This document shows, piece by piece, positions 9,292 to 16,478 of a stretch of 20,000 nt of DNA (position 1 is its first letter; each line of letters begins with the position of its first letter). The notes under the pieces were generated by a model that saw only the letters and a list, made by a program, of their open reading frames with translations, searched no databases and had not been told where the DNA came from. The position numbers were made by a program, and so were the translations under genes. The stretch lies in the IMG/VR virus record IMGVR_UViG_3300008954_000038. One strand, 5' to 3'. The DNA comes from an uncultured virus (IMG/VR IMGVR_UViG_3300008954_000038) (taxonomy: Duplodnaviria; Heunggongvirae; Uroviricota; Caudoviricetes).

Positions 9292-11223
9292 TTAATCGGT
9301 TAAATTTAAGGCTATGACATCTTTGCCATTATGTTGATAGTTAAAGAGTCTTTGTGTTCCTAGGTGAAGAAGGTAGGCTATCTCAAAGAACCCTTTATGT
9401 TTTCCTCTTCCTTCTAGCCATAGTAAGTCGTCCATTTTTGGGTCATAAGGTATAGTTTTATGGATAAAAGGGTTACCGTCTAATACTTCAAAATATTCGG
9501 GAGCGGTTGCGAAATAAATATTATAATCTTTGTATGTTTTTGCTAGACTTTCGAGAACAGACGTAGACATAAAAACGTCCCCTATGCTGCCGGGCATTAC
9601 AGCTAAAAGCCTTTTACCTTCGTCGTCTTTATCTAGTAGTTCTTCTATTTTAAAAGGGATGTTTTCTTTGTTTTCTTCTTCTGCTTTGTTCCTGAAGAAG
9701 TTTTCTATGTTTTTTCTTGGTGTCTTGTTAGCTATCTGTTTCATCCAGTATTTATGTCCGTCGTTTGTTGGGTCAACGTTCATATTGAGTATATTCTTAT
9801 ACAAGTAGATAAGCCACTCGGAATCATCTTCAATACTGTTGGGGATCGTAGCCTTCGGGTTTCTAGCTTTCCATTCTAGGCTATTGAAATCGAAATCAGC
9901 GAAAGGAGCAGAGTCAATAAATTCTTCTATAATTTTACCTGTCACTTCTGTTGAGAAGTTTTTTATAGCCCATTCCCTTGCTTGCTTTCCAAGCTTGTCC
10001 CTTTCTTCTGGGAGCATCTTAAAAACCTTATCTAGGTTTTTAGCTATTGACTTAGGGCAGGTTGAGGCTTTTCTAAATTGTGTTCCTACTTCTCTGTACT
10101 CTGACCATTCTAAAGGTATGGACCCTGAGCCTTTTTCACAACTCTCTTCTCCGCAGCTATAGTTTGTAACTAGTGTTATTAGTTCTGCTAGTTTGGCTTC
10201 TTGTATTGGTATCTCTTGGCCTCCGCTTGTAAATGGGTGACAATACACATCCATTAAGTTATAAATTTCATTGAGCTCTTGCTCTTCTATTCCTAGGCTT
10301 ACGGAGCAGGTAAGTTGAGATTTATTAGAGTTGCAAATTTCGCATTTAGTCTCTTGTCCTTTGAAGGGCTTAACAAAATAATTTTTACATTCTTTGCATA
10401 TATGCGTTGTTATTATTTCCTCTTTGGGTACTTTGTATTCGTCACAAAGCTTATGAATATTCCAACCTTCGGCCCAGTGGGTATGAAACAATAAATAGGT
10501 TTTTTTAGGTGGAACCTTATGTTTTACTGCTGATATTTCTTTCCATTTAGCGTAGCCTTCTATAAGGTTGGGTACAGATTTTCTTAACTGATTTCTAAAC
10601 ACGAAACCAATAATAAAAGCGTCTTTTTCTATGTTGAATTTTTTTCTTAACTCTAGTCTTTTTTCTTGGGGCAGTTTTTTAAAGCTTGTTTTATTTATAA
10701 CGCCGTGAACGGTCTTGGTGTTTTTTATACCTAATCTTTCGAACTCTTTTTGAGCGAAGGAACTCCATACCCAAAAGTTTTTAATTTCCTTTGCTATCTC
10801 TAGGGCGTTTGGGTACAATGGCAAAGAATCTAAGGTTGTCCATATCGAGGAAGTTATTTTATCAAACCATTCTTTTTTTGTACAGGATTCTACTCCCCAT
10901 ATGTCTTGGGTTCCTATATAAACATCTGGTTTTACTTCTTTTACTATTTCGTTTATAAAGTAGCCCCCGTAGCTTGCTTCTTTGCCTTGTTGTGGGTCTT
11001 GGTTGAGCTTCATTAGTAGGTTCTTGTCATTAGGAAGTGTTCCTAAGCTCTTCCAAGGAGTTCTGTTGAGTTCTGCGGAGTCTTTGCTTGCTCCACAGCA
11101 ATAATGATATATCTCGTACTTGCCTGTATCATACAAGTACGAGAGGAGCTCTTTAGAGTTTCTACCGAAGCCTGTTTTGGCTAGGGCTGAATCGCTATGA
11201 AATAATACTTTTTTCTTCTTCAA
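9292..11223 (-). CDS. Multidomain glycosyltransferase: GT4 with a CxxC..CxxC insert, a DUF4214-like domain and a GT9 N-terminal domain
   Basis: TGFGRN at the N-terminus; IGFVFRNQLRK; LNEIYNLMDVYCHPFTSGGQEIPIQEAK (GT4 E-x7-E region, degenerate); CKEC..CEIC insert; WLIYLYKNILN...DGHKYW...PRKNIENFF (DUF4214-like); GSIGDVFMSTSVLESL...EVLDGNPFIH (GT9 N-domain). TTG start 1 nt after the upstream stop. Confidence 0.8.
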   Translation of the reverse strand: MKKKKVLFHSDSALAKTGFGRNSKELLSYLYDTGKYEIYHYCCGASKDSAELNRTPWKSLGTLPNDKNLLMKLNQDPQQGKEASYGGYFINEIVKEVKPDVYIGTQDIWGVESCTKKEWFDKITSSIWTTLDSLPLYPNALEIAKEIKNFWVWSSFAQKEFERLGIKNTKTVHGVINKTSFKKLPQEKRLELRKKFNIEKDAFIIGFVFRNQLRKSVPNLIEGYAKWKEISAVKHKVPPKKTYLLFHTHWAEGWNIHKLCDEYKVPKEEIITTHICKECKNYFVKPFKGQETKCEICNSNKSQLTCSVSLGIEEQELNEIYNLMDVYCHPFTSGGQEIPIQEAKLAELITLVTNYSCGEESCEKGSGSIPLEWSEYREVGTQFRKASTCPKSIAKNLDKVFKMLPEERDKLGKQAREWAIKNFSTEVTGKIIEEFIDSAPFADFDFNSLEWKARNPKATIPNSIEDDSEWLIYLYKNILNMNVDPTNDGHKYWMKQIANKTPRKNIENFFRNKAEEENKENIPFKIEELLDKDDEGKRLLAVMPGSIGDVFMSTSVLESLAKTYKDYNIYFATAPEYFEVLDGNPFIHKTIPYDPKMDDLLWLEGRGKHKGFFEIAYLLHLGTQRLFNYQHNGKDVIALNLTD

Positions 11224-11224
11224 T

Positions 11225-11773
11225 TTACCAAACTACGTCTTCGTCTTCTGTGTCTTGAGGGGGAGCGCTAGAGGTGTTTTGGCTCTTACTTGGCCCGCTT
11301 TTTTTATTGTCCCTAAAAGAAGCCTGAGCTTCTTCAAGAGAAGTTTGGTATATAGAGTGCATAGAGAAAACAAAGTATTGCTTAAGAGCTTCCGCTTCTC
11401 CATACCTAAATCCCATAGAGTAGGTAGCTTTCTTTTCTGAGTCTTCTTTTGAATCTGCCGTGACTCTAAAGTTGAAACCATGATTGTCTCCTTGGGAATA
11501 TGGAGAAAAGTTCATCTTGGTTGCCCTTGTTTGAGTTCCGTGATAAGCAGACCAGTCACTTTTGGTATCAATGGCGTTAATAATCGCTCCAAGTTCCATT
11601 ACATTTAACTTGGTGATGCATTTACTATCGGCATCGAATCTACCTGTTTTCGATCTGTCGTCCCAGCTTTTTTGTTTGATCAAGCTAGCATATACAGACT
11701 TGTCTTTTGGATTAACAGAGAAAGAGCAAGCTGTCCCTGTTACCTTTGGATTTGCTTTATAAAACTGAATCAT
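11225..11773 (-). CDS. Putative ssDNA-binding protein (Whirly/PC4-like) with acidic C-terminal tail
   Basis: Start revised to ATG 11773 (MIQFYK), because the longer ORF crosses a terminator and a promoter. The sequence shows two apparent beta-meander+helix repeats (FD...K...KL...ELG.I; Y.MGF..GEAEAL) and an SSB-like tail, DTEDEDVVW. Confidence 0.5.
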   Translation of the reverse strand: MIQFYKANPKVTGTACSFSVNPKDKSVYASLIKQKSWDDRSKTGRFDADSKCITKLNVMELGAIINAIDTKSDWSAYHGTQTRATKMNFSPYSQGDNHGFNFRVTADSKEDSEKKATYSMGFRYGEAEALKQYFVFSMHSIYQTSLEEAQASFRDNKKSGPSKSQNTSSAPPQDTEDEDVVW

Positions 11774-11782
11774 TCTTAAATA

Positions 11783-11811
11783 ATTATAAGAGATACTTGG
11801 AGGTTTGTCAA
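11783..11811 (-). promoter_or_regulatory. Consensus sigma70 promoter with CAAGT spacer motif
   Basis: The minus strand reads TTGACA-AACCTC-CAAGT-ATCTCT-TATAAT with a 17-bp spacer; ATG 11773 lies 9 nt after the -10. Confidence 0.9.
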
Positions 11812-11812
11812 C

Positions 11813-11842
11813 AAAAAAAGCCACCTTAAAAAAAGATGGCTT
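11813..11842 (-). terminator. Intrinsic terminator after hsp20
   Basis: The minus strand forms a GCCATCTT-loop-AAGGTGGC hairpin (one G-U pair) followed by T7. Confidence 0.8.
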
Positions 11843-11870
11843 GGAATGTGGAAAACTGGTTACTATTTGT

Positions 11871-12272
11871 CTATTGAACGTCAATCGTCCTGTTCTTATC
11901 CTTTTCCCTTTTGCTAATAGTGATACTCAGCAAGCCGTTTTCCATCTTAGCTTCCAAAGTTGTTATGTCGGCCTTATTAGGGACAGAGTAGCTTCTGTCG
12001 TATTCTACTTTTTGGCCTGCGACTTCGCCTTTAACCTCTAATTTAATTCTGTTATCAGCTACTTTAACTTTTACGTTATCTTTACTTAGCCCCGCAAAGG
12101 GGACATGAAAGTTGTATCCGTCCTCCGTTTCGTCGAAATGGGTATTGTTGTCTGAGGACCAGCCTTTCCAAGCTTTGGTCCACTCGTCTTCTCCGCCAAG
12201 GCTTTCGTTAACGAATCCAAAAAGATCTCTTACGTTGCCTAGGCCCATGTTTGCTAGTGTATATGTACTCAT
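11871..12272 (-). CDS. hsp20: Small heat shock protein (Hsp20/alpha-crystallin)
   Basis: ETEDGYNFHVPFAGLSKDNVKV...YDRSYSVP..AD...LEAKMENGLLSITISK, the alpha-crystallin signature. Confidence 0.93.
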   Translation of the reverse strand: MSTYTLANMGLGNVRDLFGFVNESLGGEDEWTKAWKGWSSDNNTHFDETEDGYNFHVPFAGLSKDNVKVKVADNRIKLEVKGEVAGQKVEYDRSYSVPNKADITTLEAKMENGLLSITISKREKDKNRTIDVQ

Positions 12273-12285
12273 AATGTATAAATCT

Positions 12286-12307
12286 ATTATAGCAGTAAGT
12301 ATGCCAA
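12286..12307 (-). promoter_or_regulatory. Candidate sigma54 (-24/-12) promoter overlapping an extended -10, upstream of hsp20
   Basis: The minus strand reads TTGGCATACTTACTGCTATAAT: GG-N10-GC with TGGCA at -24. The same bases also give TG-C-TATAAT. Confidence 0.55.
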
Positions 12308-12334
12308 CTTTAAAAACGCTTATTTACTAAGGTT

Positions 12335-12592
12335 TTAGCTATTTAGAGTGTGCGTTTCTAGGCCTGTCCCACTTTTTGTCTCACTTACTAAGAGGGATAG
12401 TGTGTCTTTATGTCCCTGTAGTGTCGCTAGATTGTCTTCTGCTGCTGCTAGTTTTGAGACATATTTATCCAATTCTGTTAACAGGTCGGAATGTTCTCCT
12501 ATCCCTACACTTTTGTTCATATAGACCTTAAGTGTAGCTAGGCATTCTTCAACCTCCGCTTCATATTTTTTTACTAATGCGTCGTAAAACAT
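12335..12592 (-). CDS. Hypothetical small coiled-coil phage protein
   Basis: Helical hairpin KYEAEVEECLATL..Y....VGIGEHSDL..ELDK; packed 2 nt behind the kinase gene. Confidence 0.7.
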   Translation of the reverse strand: MFYDALVKKYEAEVEECLATLKVYMNKSVGIGEHSDLLTELDKYVSKLAAAEDNLATLQGHKDTLSLLVSETKSGTGLETHTLNS

Positions 12593-12594
12593 AA

Positions 12595-13191
12595 TTATTT
12601 TTTTTCTTTATACCATTTCGCAAATTCTTTTGCGTAAGGCCTTAAAGCTTCTTTGATCTGTTCTTCTTTAGCGTTTCCTACATGGGGCCATTCTATAGAG
12701 TAGTCTGCTTTTTCCATCAATTTAGGGTCATTTCTTTTTTCGTCTTCGTTTGGTGGGTCAAAATAAACTCTCCTAACTTGAGTACTGTCCATTGTTTCTA
12801 TTTCACAATATTTTCTCAAGTGTACTAATGTTCCTTTATTTTTTCCTTTCAACCAGAACACTTCGTCGTTCTCATATTCCGCGTAGCGTATATCTGTAAC
12901 TACGGGAGTACTTTTACAGGCATCTACTTTTTTTTGAGCTTTGTCTGTCCAATATTGCCCTTTTGTTTCATACCTTTTTATACCTCCATAAAACACAAGG
13001 AGGTTTCTAACCTTGTTTTTTTCTTCAAGGGTGCAATTTAAAATATCTATTGCGTACTTTTGTAAAATGAAACCTCTGGTTTCGTCCTTTAAGGGATCAG
13101 CTAGAGCTATCCTTGTTCCTTGTATTTCTTTTAAGAGGAGTTTACAAAAAAGATCTTTGCCTGCTCCAGCTATTCCGCTTATTCCTATCAT
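12595..13191 (-). CDS. Deoxynucleoside monophosphate kinase (phage dNMP kinase-like)
   Basis: N-terminal P-loop IGISGIAGAGKD, ALADPLK and VVTDIRY..E, motifs typical of T4 gp1/T5 dNK-like kinases. Confidence 0.8.
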   Translation of the reverse strand: MIGISGIAGAGKDLFCKLLLKEIQGTRIALADPLKDETRGFILQKYAIDILNCTLEEKNKVRNLLVFYGGIKRYETKGQYWTDKAQKKVDACKSTPVVTDIRYAEYENDEVFWLKGKNKGTLVHLRKYCEIETMDSTQVRRVYFDPPNEDEKRNDPKLMEKADYSIEWPHVGNAKEEQIKEALRPYAKEFAKWYKEKK

Positions 13192-13197
13192 AGTGTT

Positions 13198-13854
13198 TTA
13201 ATGGGGTTTAATTGTAAAATATTTTTGCTTGCTTTCCCAGCCTTCACAAGTTTCTGGGTCAAACTGAGCTTTTGTTAATTGTATATCAATTTTTTCAAAG
13301 AAACTATCAATTGCTTTTGATGCACCGGGAAAAGACTTAAGCTGTTGAGGCGACTTATATTCGTCAAATAAAATAAGTCCACCGGGTACGACTTTTTCGT
13401 AAAGGCCTTCAAGGCAAACTTTGTACGAGTTATAGAGGTCGCAGTCTAGGTGTAGTATAGCTATTTCTTTGTCGGTATATGAATCGGGGATAGTATCTTC
13501 AAAAAAACCTTTGATAACGTGTACGTTGGTATCAATTTTGTTCTTCATTTCCAGAGCAGGCTCGATAGGACGTCTCCATTCTCCTTTTCTAGGATTTCTT
13601 GGGGATTTATCTTCGGGTGAAGGTTCTGGAAAGCCTTCAAAGGAATCGTATAGCCATATATCCCTCTTAGTAATAAGATTTTGGTTCATTAGTTCCACAA
13701 ATATATTTGCGGAGACTCCTTCTCCAAACCCTGTTTCAACGAAAGAGCCTTCCACTTCATTTACAAGTTTAGATACATGTAAAAAATACTGACGGATCGG
13801 GGCGTCTGTTAGCAGGGATCTTTTTATTAAAACTTCTTTATACTCTTCTTTCAT
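13198..13854 (-). CDS. TylF/MycF/NovP-family SAM-dependent O-methyltransferase
   Basis: VETGFGEGVS, WLYDSFEGFP, KGFFEDTIP, ILHLDCDLYNS, VPGGLILFDEY, PGASKAIDSFF. Confidence 0.9.
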   Translation of the reverse strand: MKEEYKEVLIKRSLLTDAPIRQYFLHVSKLVNEVEGSFVETGFGEGVSANIFVELMNQNLITKRDIWLYDSFEGFPEPSPEDKSPRNPRKGEWRRPIEPALEMKNKIDTNVHVIKGFFEDTIPDSYTDKEIAILHLDCDLYNSYKVCLEGLYEKVVPGGLILFDEYKSPQQLKSFPGASKAIDSFFEKIDIQLTKAQFDPETCEGWESKQKYFTIKPH

Positions 13855-14411
13855 AGCTTCGAATGTAGGTTGCTTAAATTTCTACCTACAAAATGTAAAG
13901 AAACTAGAAAAAGACCTAGAGCAAACTTAACGGGCTTCAAAAAAAGATTTGATTTACTATGTTTTTTTACTTGTTTCATAGTTTTTTCCGCTATCTCTTT
14001 TGCGTGCTCTTGTGCTTTTTTGCGTTCTTCCGCTGGTACTTCTTCTACGTGGTTTAGGTCGACGCTGACTAGTTCTCCTTTTCTAAATAAGGCATCAAAG
14101 GCTACCCAGTAGTCTGTTTGGTCATCTCCTTCAAAGACTCTATAAAAGTGTATCGATCTTGTCTCTTCCATAAGCTTAAGGCCTTTGGGGCTTTCTTTTA
14201 TGTATCCGCCCATGGGGTGAGCTTCGTCCTTAATAAAACTGGAATCACATTCATGAATGAAAAGGCTTCCTGCATTAGAAACTGACCAAGTATCCATAGT
14301 CTTATTCAGGTCTGTTGTTTGAAACTCTAACTCGGAGAAGTCTAAGTCTTTTATTTTATTAGGTAGTCCTTCCTTAGGAAGAGGTGCCTCAAATAGTAAT
14401 ACATCAAACAT
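13851..14411 (-). CDS. Hypothetical phage protein
   Basis: 186-aa ORF with an ATGA overlap to the next gene; MFD....PLP...FQT.DL pattern and a hydrophobic/amphipathic C-terminus. Confidence 0.7.
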   Translation of the reverse strand: MFDVLLFEAPLPKEGLPNKIKDLDFSELEFQTTDLNKTMDTWSVSNAGSLFIHECDSSFIKDEAHPMGGYIKESPKGLKLMEETRSIHFYRVFEGDDQTDYWVAFDALFRKGELVSVDLNHVEEVPAEERKKAQEHAKEIAEKTMKQVKKHSKSNLFLKPVKFALGLFLVSLHFVGRNLSNLHSKL

Positions 14412-14412
14412 T

Positions 14413-14616
14413 TTAAAAAGATCTTATGTCAAACATGCTTACTGTTTGGGGGTCGCTATCTTTGTGTTTCCGAACAGAAAAATTCTCGTGGTCTATGACT
14501 TCGACAACTTTACCTATCCAGTTGTTAGCTTTAGCCTCAATTACTCGAACGGTTTTATCTACCATCCTTTCGTTGATTTCCTTCATTTTCTTTTGTTCTT
14601 CTGGTGTTCTAATCAT
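14413..14616 (-). CDS. Small hypothetical protein (possible SH3/Sm-like beta barrel)
   Basis: 67 aa, coupled to both neighbours; alternating beta-strand pattern KTVRVI..WIGKVVEV..FSVR..QTVSMFDIR. Confidence 0.6.
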   Translation of the reverse strand: MIRTPEEQKKMKEINERMVDKTVRVIEAKANNWIGKVVEVIDHENFSVRKHKDSDPQTVSMFDIRSF

Positions 14617-14918
14617 AGAATTAATTCTTTACCTGTTTTTGGAAAACTAATCTTTAGGGCTACGTATTTTTCAGTGTCTAAAAATTCTTTTTTTAATTCT
14701 TCTTTTTCTTCTTGCTTTAGAGAGGAGAGTATTGAATAGCCTATTTTTTCTGCAGCCATTTTTTGCGCTACTCCCTTAGAGCAACAGCCTGCGTAAGATG
14801 CCCTACATGTATCTATCAGCTTCTTTAGCTGGCCTATATCTAATAGTATCAAAGGCTTAGACAAAAGTAAAGAACAAAATTCATCACAAACACGATTTAC
14901 TAAAAATTTCTTTGGCAT
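14613..14918 (-). CDS. Hypothetical protein
   Basis: 101-aa ORF overlapping both neighbours in a tightly packed operon; contains four Cys. Confidence 0.55.
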   Translation of the reverse strand: MPKKFLVNRVCDEFCSLLLSKPLILLDIGQLKKLIDTCRASYAGCCSKGVAQKMAAEKIGYSILSSLKQEEKEELKKEFLDTEKYVALKISFPKTGKELIL

Positions 14919-15271
14919 CTTTTAAAAATAAAATAAAAAAACATCGTCAACATATAGCAAGCAAATATTAGAAACACATTTCCTGTAGCAATAATACAAC
15001 AAAGAGTAGATGCCCAAAAGCCGAAACAATAAGGGCAAGCTAGCAACTTGTTTATAAAACTTGGCTCTTTAATAGAAGCAAAATCTAAAAAACTTAATTC
15101 TGGATTATCAAAAAGTTCTTTTTCGTATTCTTCTATATAAGTAAATTTTGTTAATCTAAATAGCTTTAGGTAATCAACTAAAAAATTAGTTTCAAACCAT
15201 ACAACCATTATACCACAGGCTGATGACGCTGCCGCTAAAAAATTAAGCACCTGTACTACCGAAGCCTCCAT
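14900..15271 (-). CDS. Small membrane protein (DUF1360-like)
   Basis: Hydrophobic segments flank a KLLACPYCFGFW motif. Confidence 0.6.
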   Translation of the reverse strand: MEASVVQVLNFLAAASSACGIMVVWFETNFLVDYLKLFRLTKFTYIEEYEKELFDNPELSFLDFASIKEPSFINKLLACPYCFGFWASTLCCIIATGNVFLIFACYMLTMFFYFIFKRCQRNF

Positions 15272-15668
15272 CGGATCTTACTGAGTCTTCTAGTTCGTCT
15301 AACTCAACCCATCCTACCGAGAAGCACTGTTCTATTATAATTTGAGCTACCCTGTCTCCTTTCTCATAGGAAAAATCTTCTTTAGACAAGTTTTGCAAAA
15401 CTACACCCACTTCCCCCCTGTATCCAGAGTCTACAACTCCTGCTAGCACGTCGATGCCTTTTTTCACAGCGAGTCCTGATCTGGGGGCCACTCTGCCGTA
15501 GTAGCCGGGTGGAATTGCTACGGCTACGCTTGTTCCTACAACGCTTCTTTCTCCTGCTCGGATTATACCTTGCTGGTCGGCATACAAATCGTAGCCTGCG
15601 TCTGTATCTGTTGCTCTAGTCGGTATGGTTGCCGACTCCTTTAATTTTTTGATATATACGGAGATCAT
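15243..15668 (-). CDS. dut: Trimeric dUTPase
   Basis: All five motifs are present: AGYDL, PRSGLA, GVVDSGYRGE, GDRVAQ, RSDGGFGSTG. Confidence 0.97.
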   Translation of the reverse strand: MISVYIKKLKESATIPTRATDTDAGYDLYADQQGIIRAGERSVVGTSVAVAIPPGYYGRVAPRSGLAVKKGIDVLAGVVDSGYRGEVGVVLQNLSKEDFSYEKGDRVAQIIIEQCFSVGWVELDELEDSVRSDGGFGSTGA

Positions 15669-16068
15669 TATTGTGTTGTGTTAAATTTATTCCAAATTCT
15701 GAAGCTAGGTCTATAGCTGTTTTATCAAAATCGTACGCTTTGATATAGAATACTCGCTTTATTCCGTACGAAGCTATATTCTTAATGCAGTCTCCACATG
15801 GCATTAAAGTTACAAACATTCTATCTGCTTCTTTAGGTTTTATATTCTTTAAAGCGTTTGTTTCGGCATGGATAACCCTTTTCCTTCTTTCGTCTCTATC
15901 TGACCAGTCTATGTTTATTCCCGGAGGTGCTCCGTTATAACCTAAAGAGGCTACGCTATTATCCGATCTGAGCAAACAACACCCCACTTTAACAAAAGGG
16001 TCTTCGCTTCTGAGTGCTGCTGTTTTTGCTAGCTCTATACCGTAATCTGCCCAGCTGAGTCGCTCCAT
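15616..16068 (-). CDS. dCMP deaminase
   Basis: RSEDP..KVGC, GYNG, HAETNAL and VTLMPCGDC zinc-deaminase motifs. Confidence 0.93.
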   Translation of the reverse strand: MERLSWADYGIELAKTAALRSEDPFVKVGCCLLRSDNSVASLGYNGAPPGINIDWSDRDERRKRVIHAETNALKNIKPKEADRMFVTLMPCGDCIKNIASYGIKRVFYIKAYDFDKTAIDLASEFGINLTQHNNDLRIYQKIKGVGNHTD

Positions 16069-16074
16069 TTTTTA

Positions 16075-16103
16075 ATTCTAGAAAAAACTTGACAAAAAGT
16101 CAA
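16075..16103 (-). promoter_or_regulatory. Leftward sigma70 promoter (likely leaderless dCMP deaminase operon)
   Basis: TTGACT-TTTTGT-CAAGT-TTTTTC-TAGAAT with a 17-bp spacer; ATG 16068 is 6 nt after the -10, at the expected +1. Confidence 0.8.
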
Positions 16104-16117
16104 GTTATTTTTATAAT
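16089..16117 (+). promoter_or_regulatory. Rightward perfect-consensus sigma70 promoter
   Basis: TTGACA-AAAAGT-CAAGT-TATTTT-TATAAT with a 17-bp spacer; overlaps the perfect inverted repeat AACTTGAC-N5-GTCAAGTT (16086-16106). Confidence 0.9.
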
Positions 16118-16123
16118 ACTTAA

Positions 16124-16478
16124 TAGCGTGAATTCTAAGCAGTTAAAAAGCGAAAGCGAGTCTGACAACTCTTAAGAGACCAACAACCCCGTAGGGGCTT
16201 CTCGAACATTAGTACGCTACAAGCGGGTGCAGGCGGCGTTTGAGGGAAGTGGCCATTTAAAAAAGTTCTACTGCTTTTAACAGGATTCACCAACATAGAT
16301 TGCTGAAGTCATCAGCTAGGCTCCTGAGATATGGGGTCGAAAAGGCGAAATGCCCTGCGAGATAGAACTAAAGTGGAAGCGAAAGCGTTCTTCGGTAATT
16401 GCGTTAAAAGCTTAAGTTGGGTGAACTGTATCCAGTTCAGGAAAAATTTTCGATTCCGCGCTAAGCGGAATCTTTATT
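16124..16478 (+). ncRNA. Candidate ~350-nt structured non-coding RNA or long regulatory leader, family unknown
   Basis: This is the only long intergenic region, bounded by a consensus promoter and a terminator-like hairpin, and appears richer in GC than its flanks. Helices: 16128-36/16282-90, 16137-43/16270-76, 16201-07/16238-44, 16264-70/16363-69, 16302-16, 16422-39, plus two GC-GAAA-GC tetraloop motifs. Confidence 0.65.

Noticed and set aside
11774..11884. N-terminal extension of the 219-aa ORF
   Set aside because: It spans the hsp20 3' end, its terminator and a consensus promoter; ATG 11773 is the better start.
16309..16315. Hammerhead core CTGATGA on the minus strand
   Set aside because: No stem II followed by GAAA downstream; it is simply one arm of the GCTGA/TCAGC hairpin.
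16241..16370. RNase P-like GAGGGAAGT and GATAGAAC
   Set aside because: They do not match GAGGAAAGUCC or ACAGAAnnCGGCUUA, and no P4 pairing is evident.
16333..16460. tmRNA/tRNA-like fragments: GGGGTCGAAAAGG (16333) and TTCGATTCC (16449)
   Set aside because: No TTCGAC after the 5' motif, no T-stem around TTCGATT, no matching acceptor stem or CCA end, and no tag ORF.
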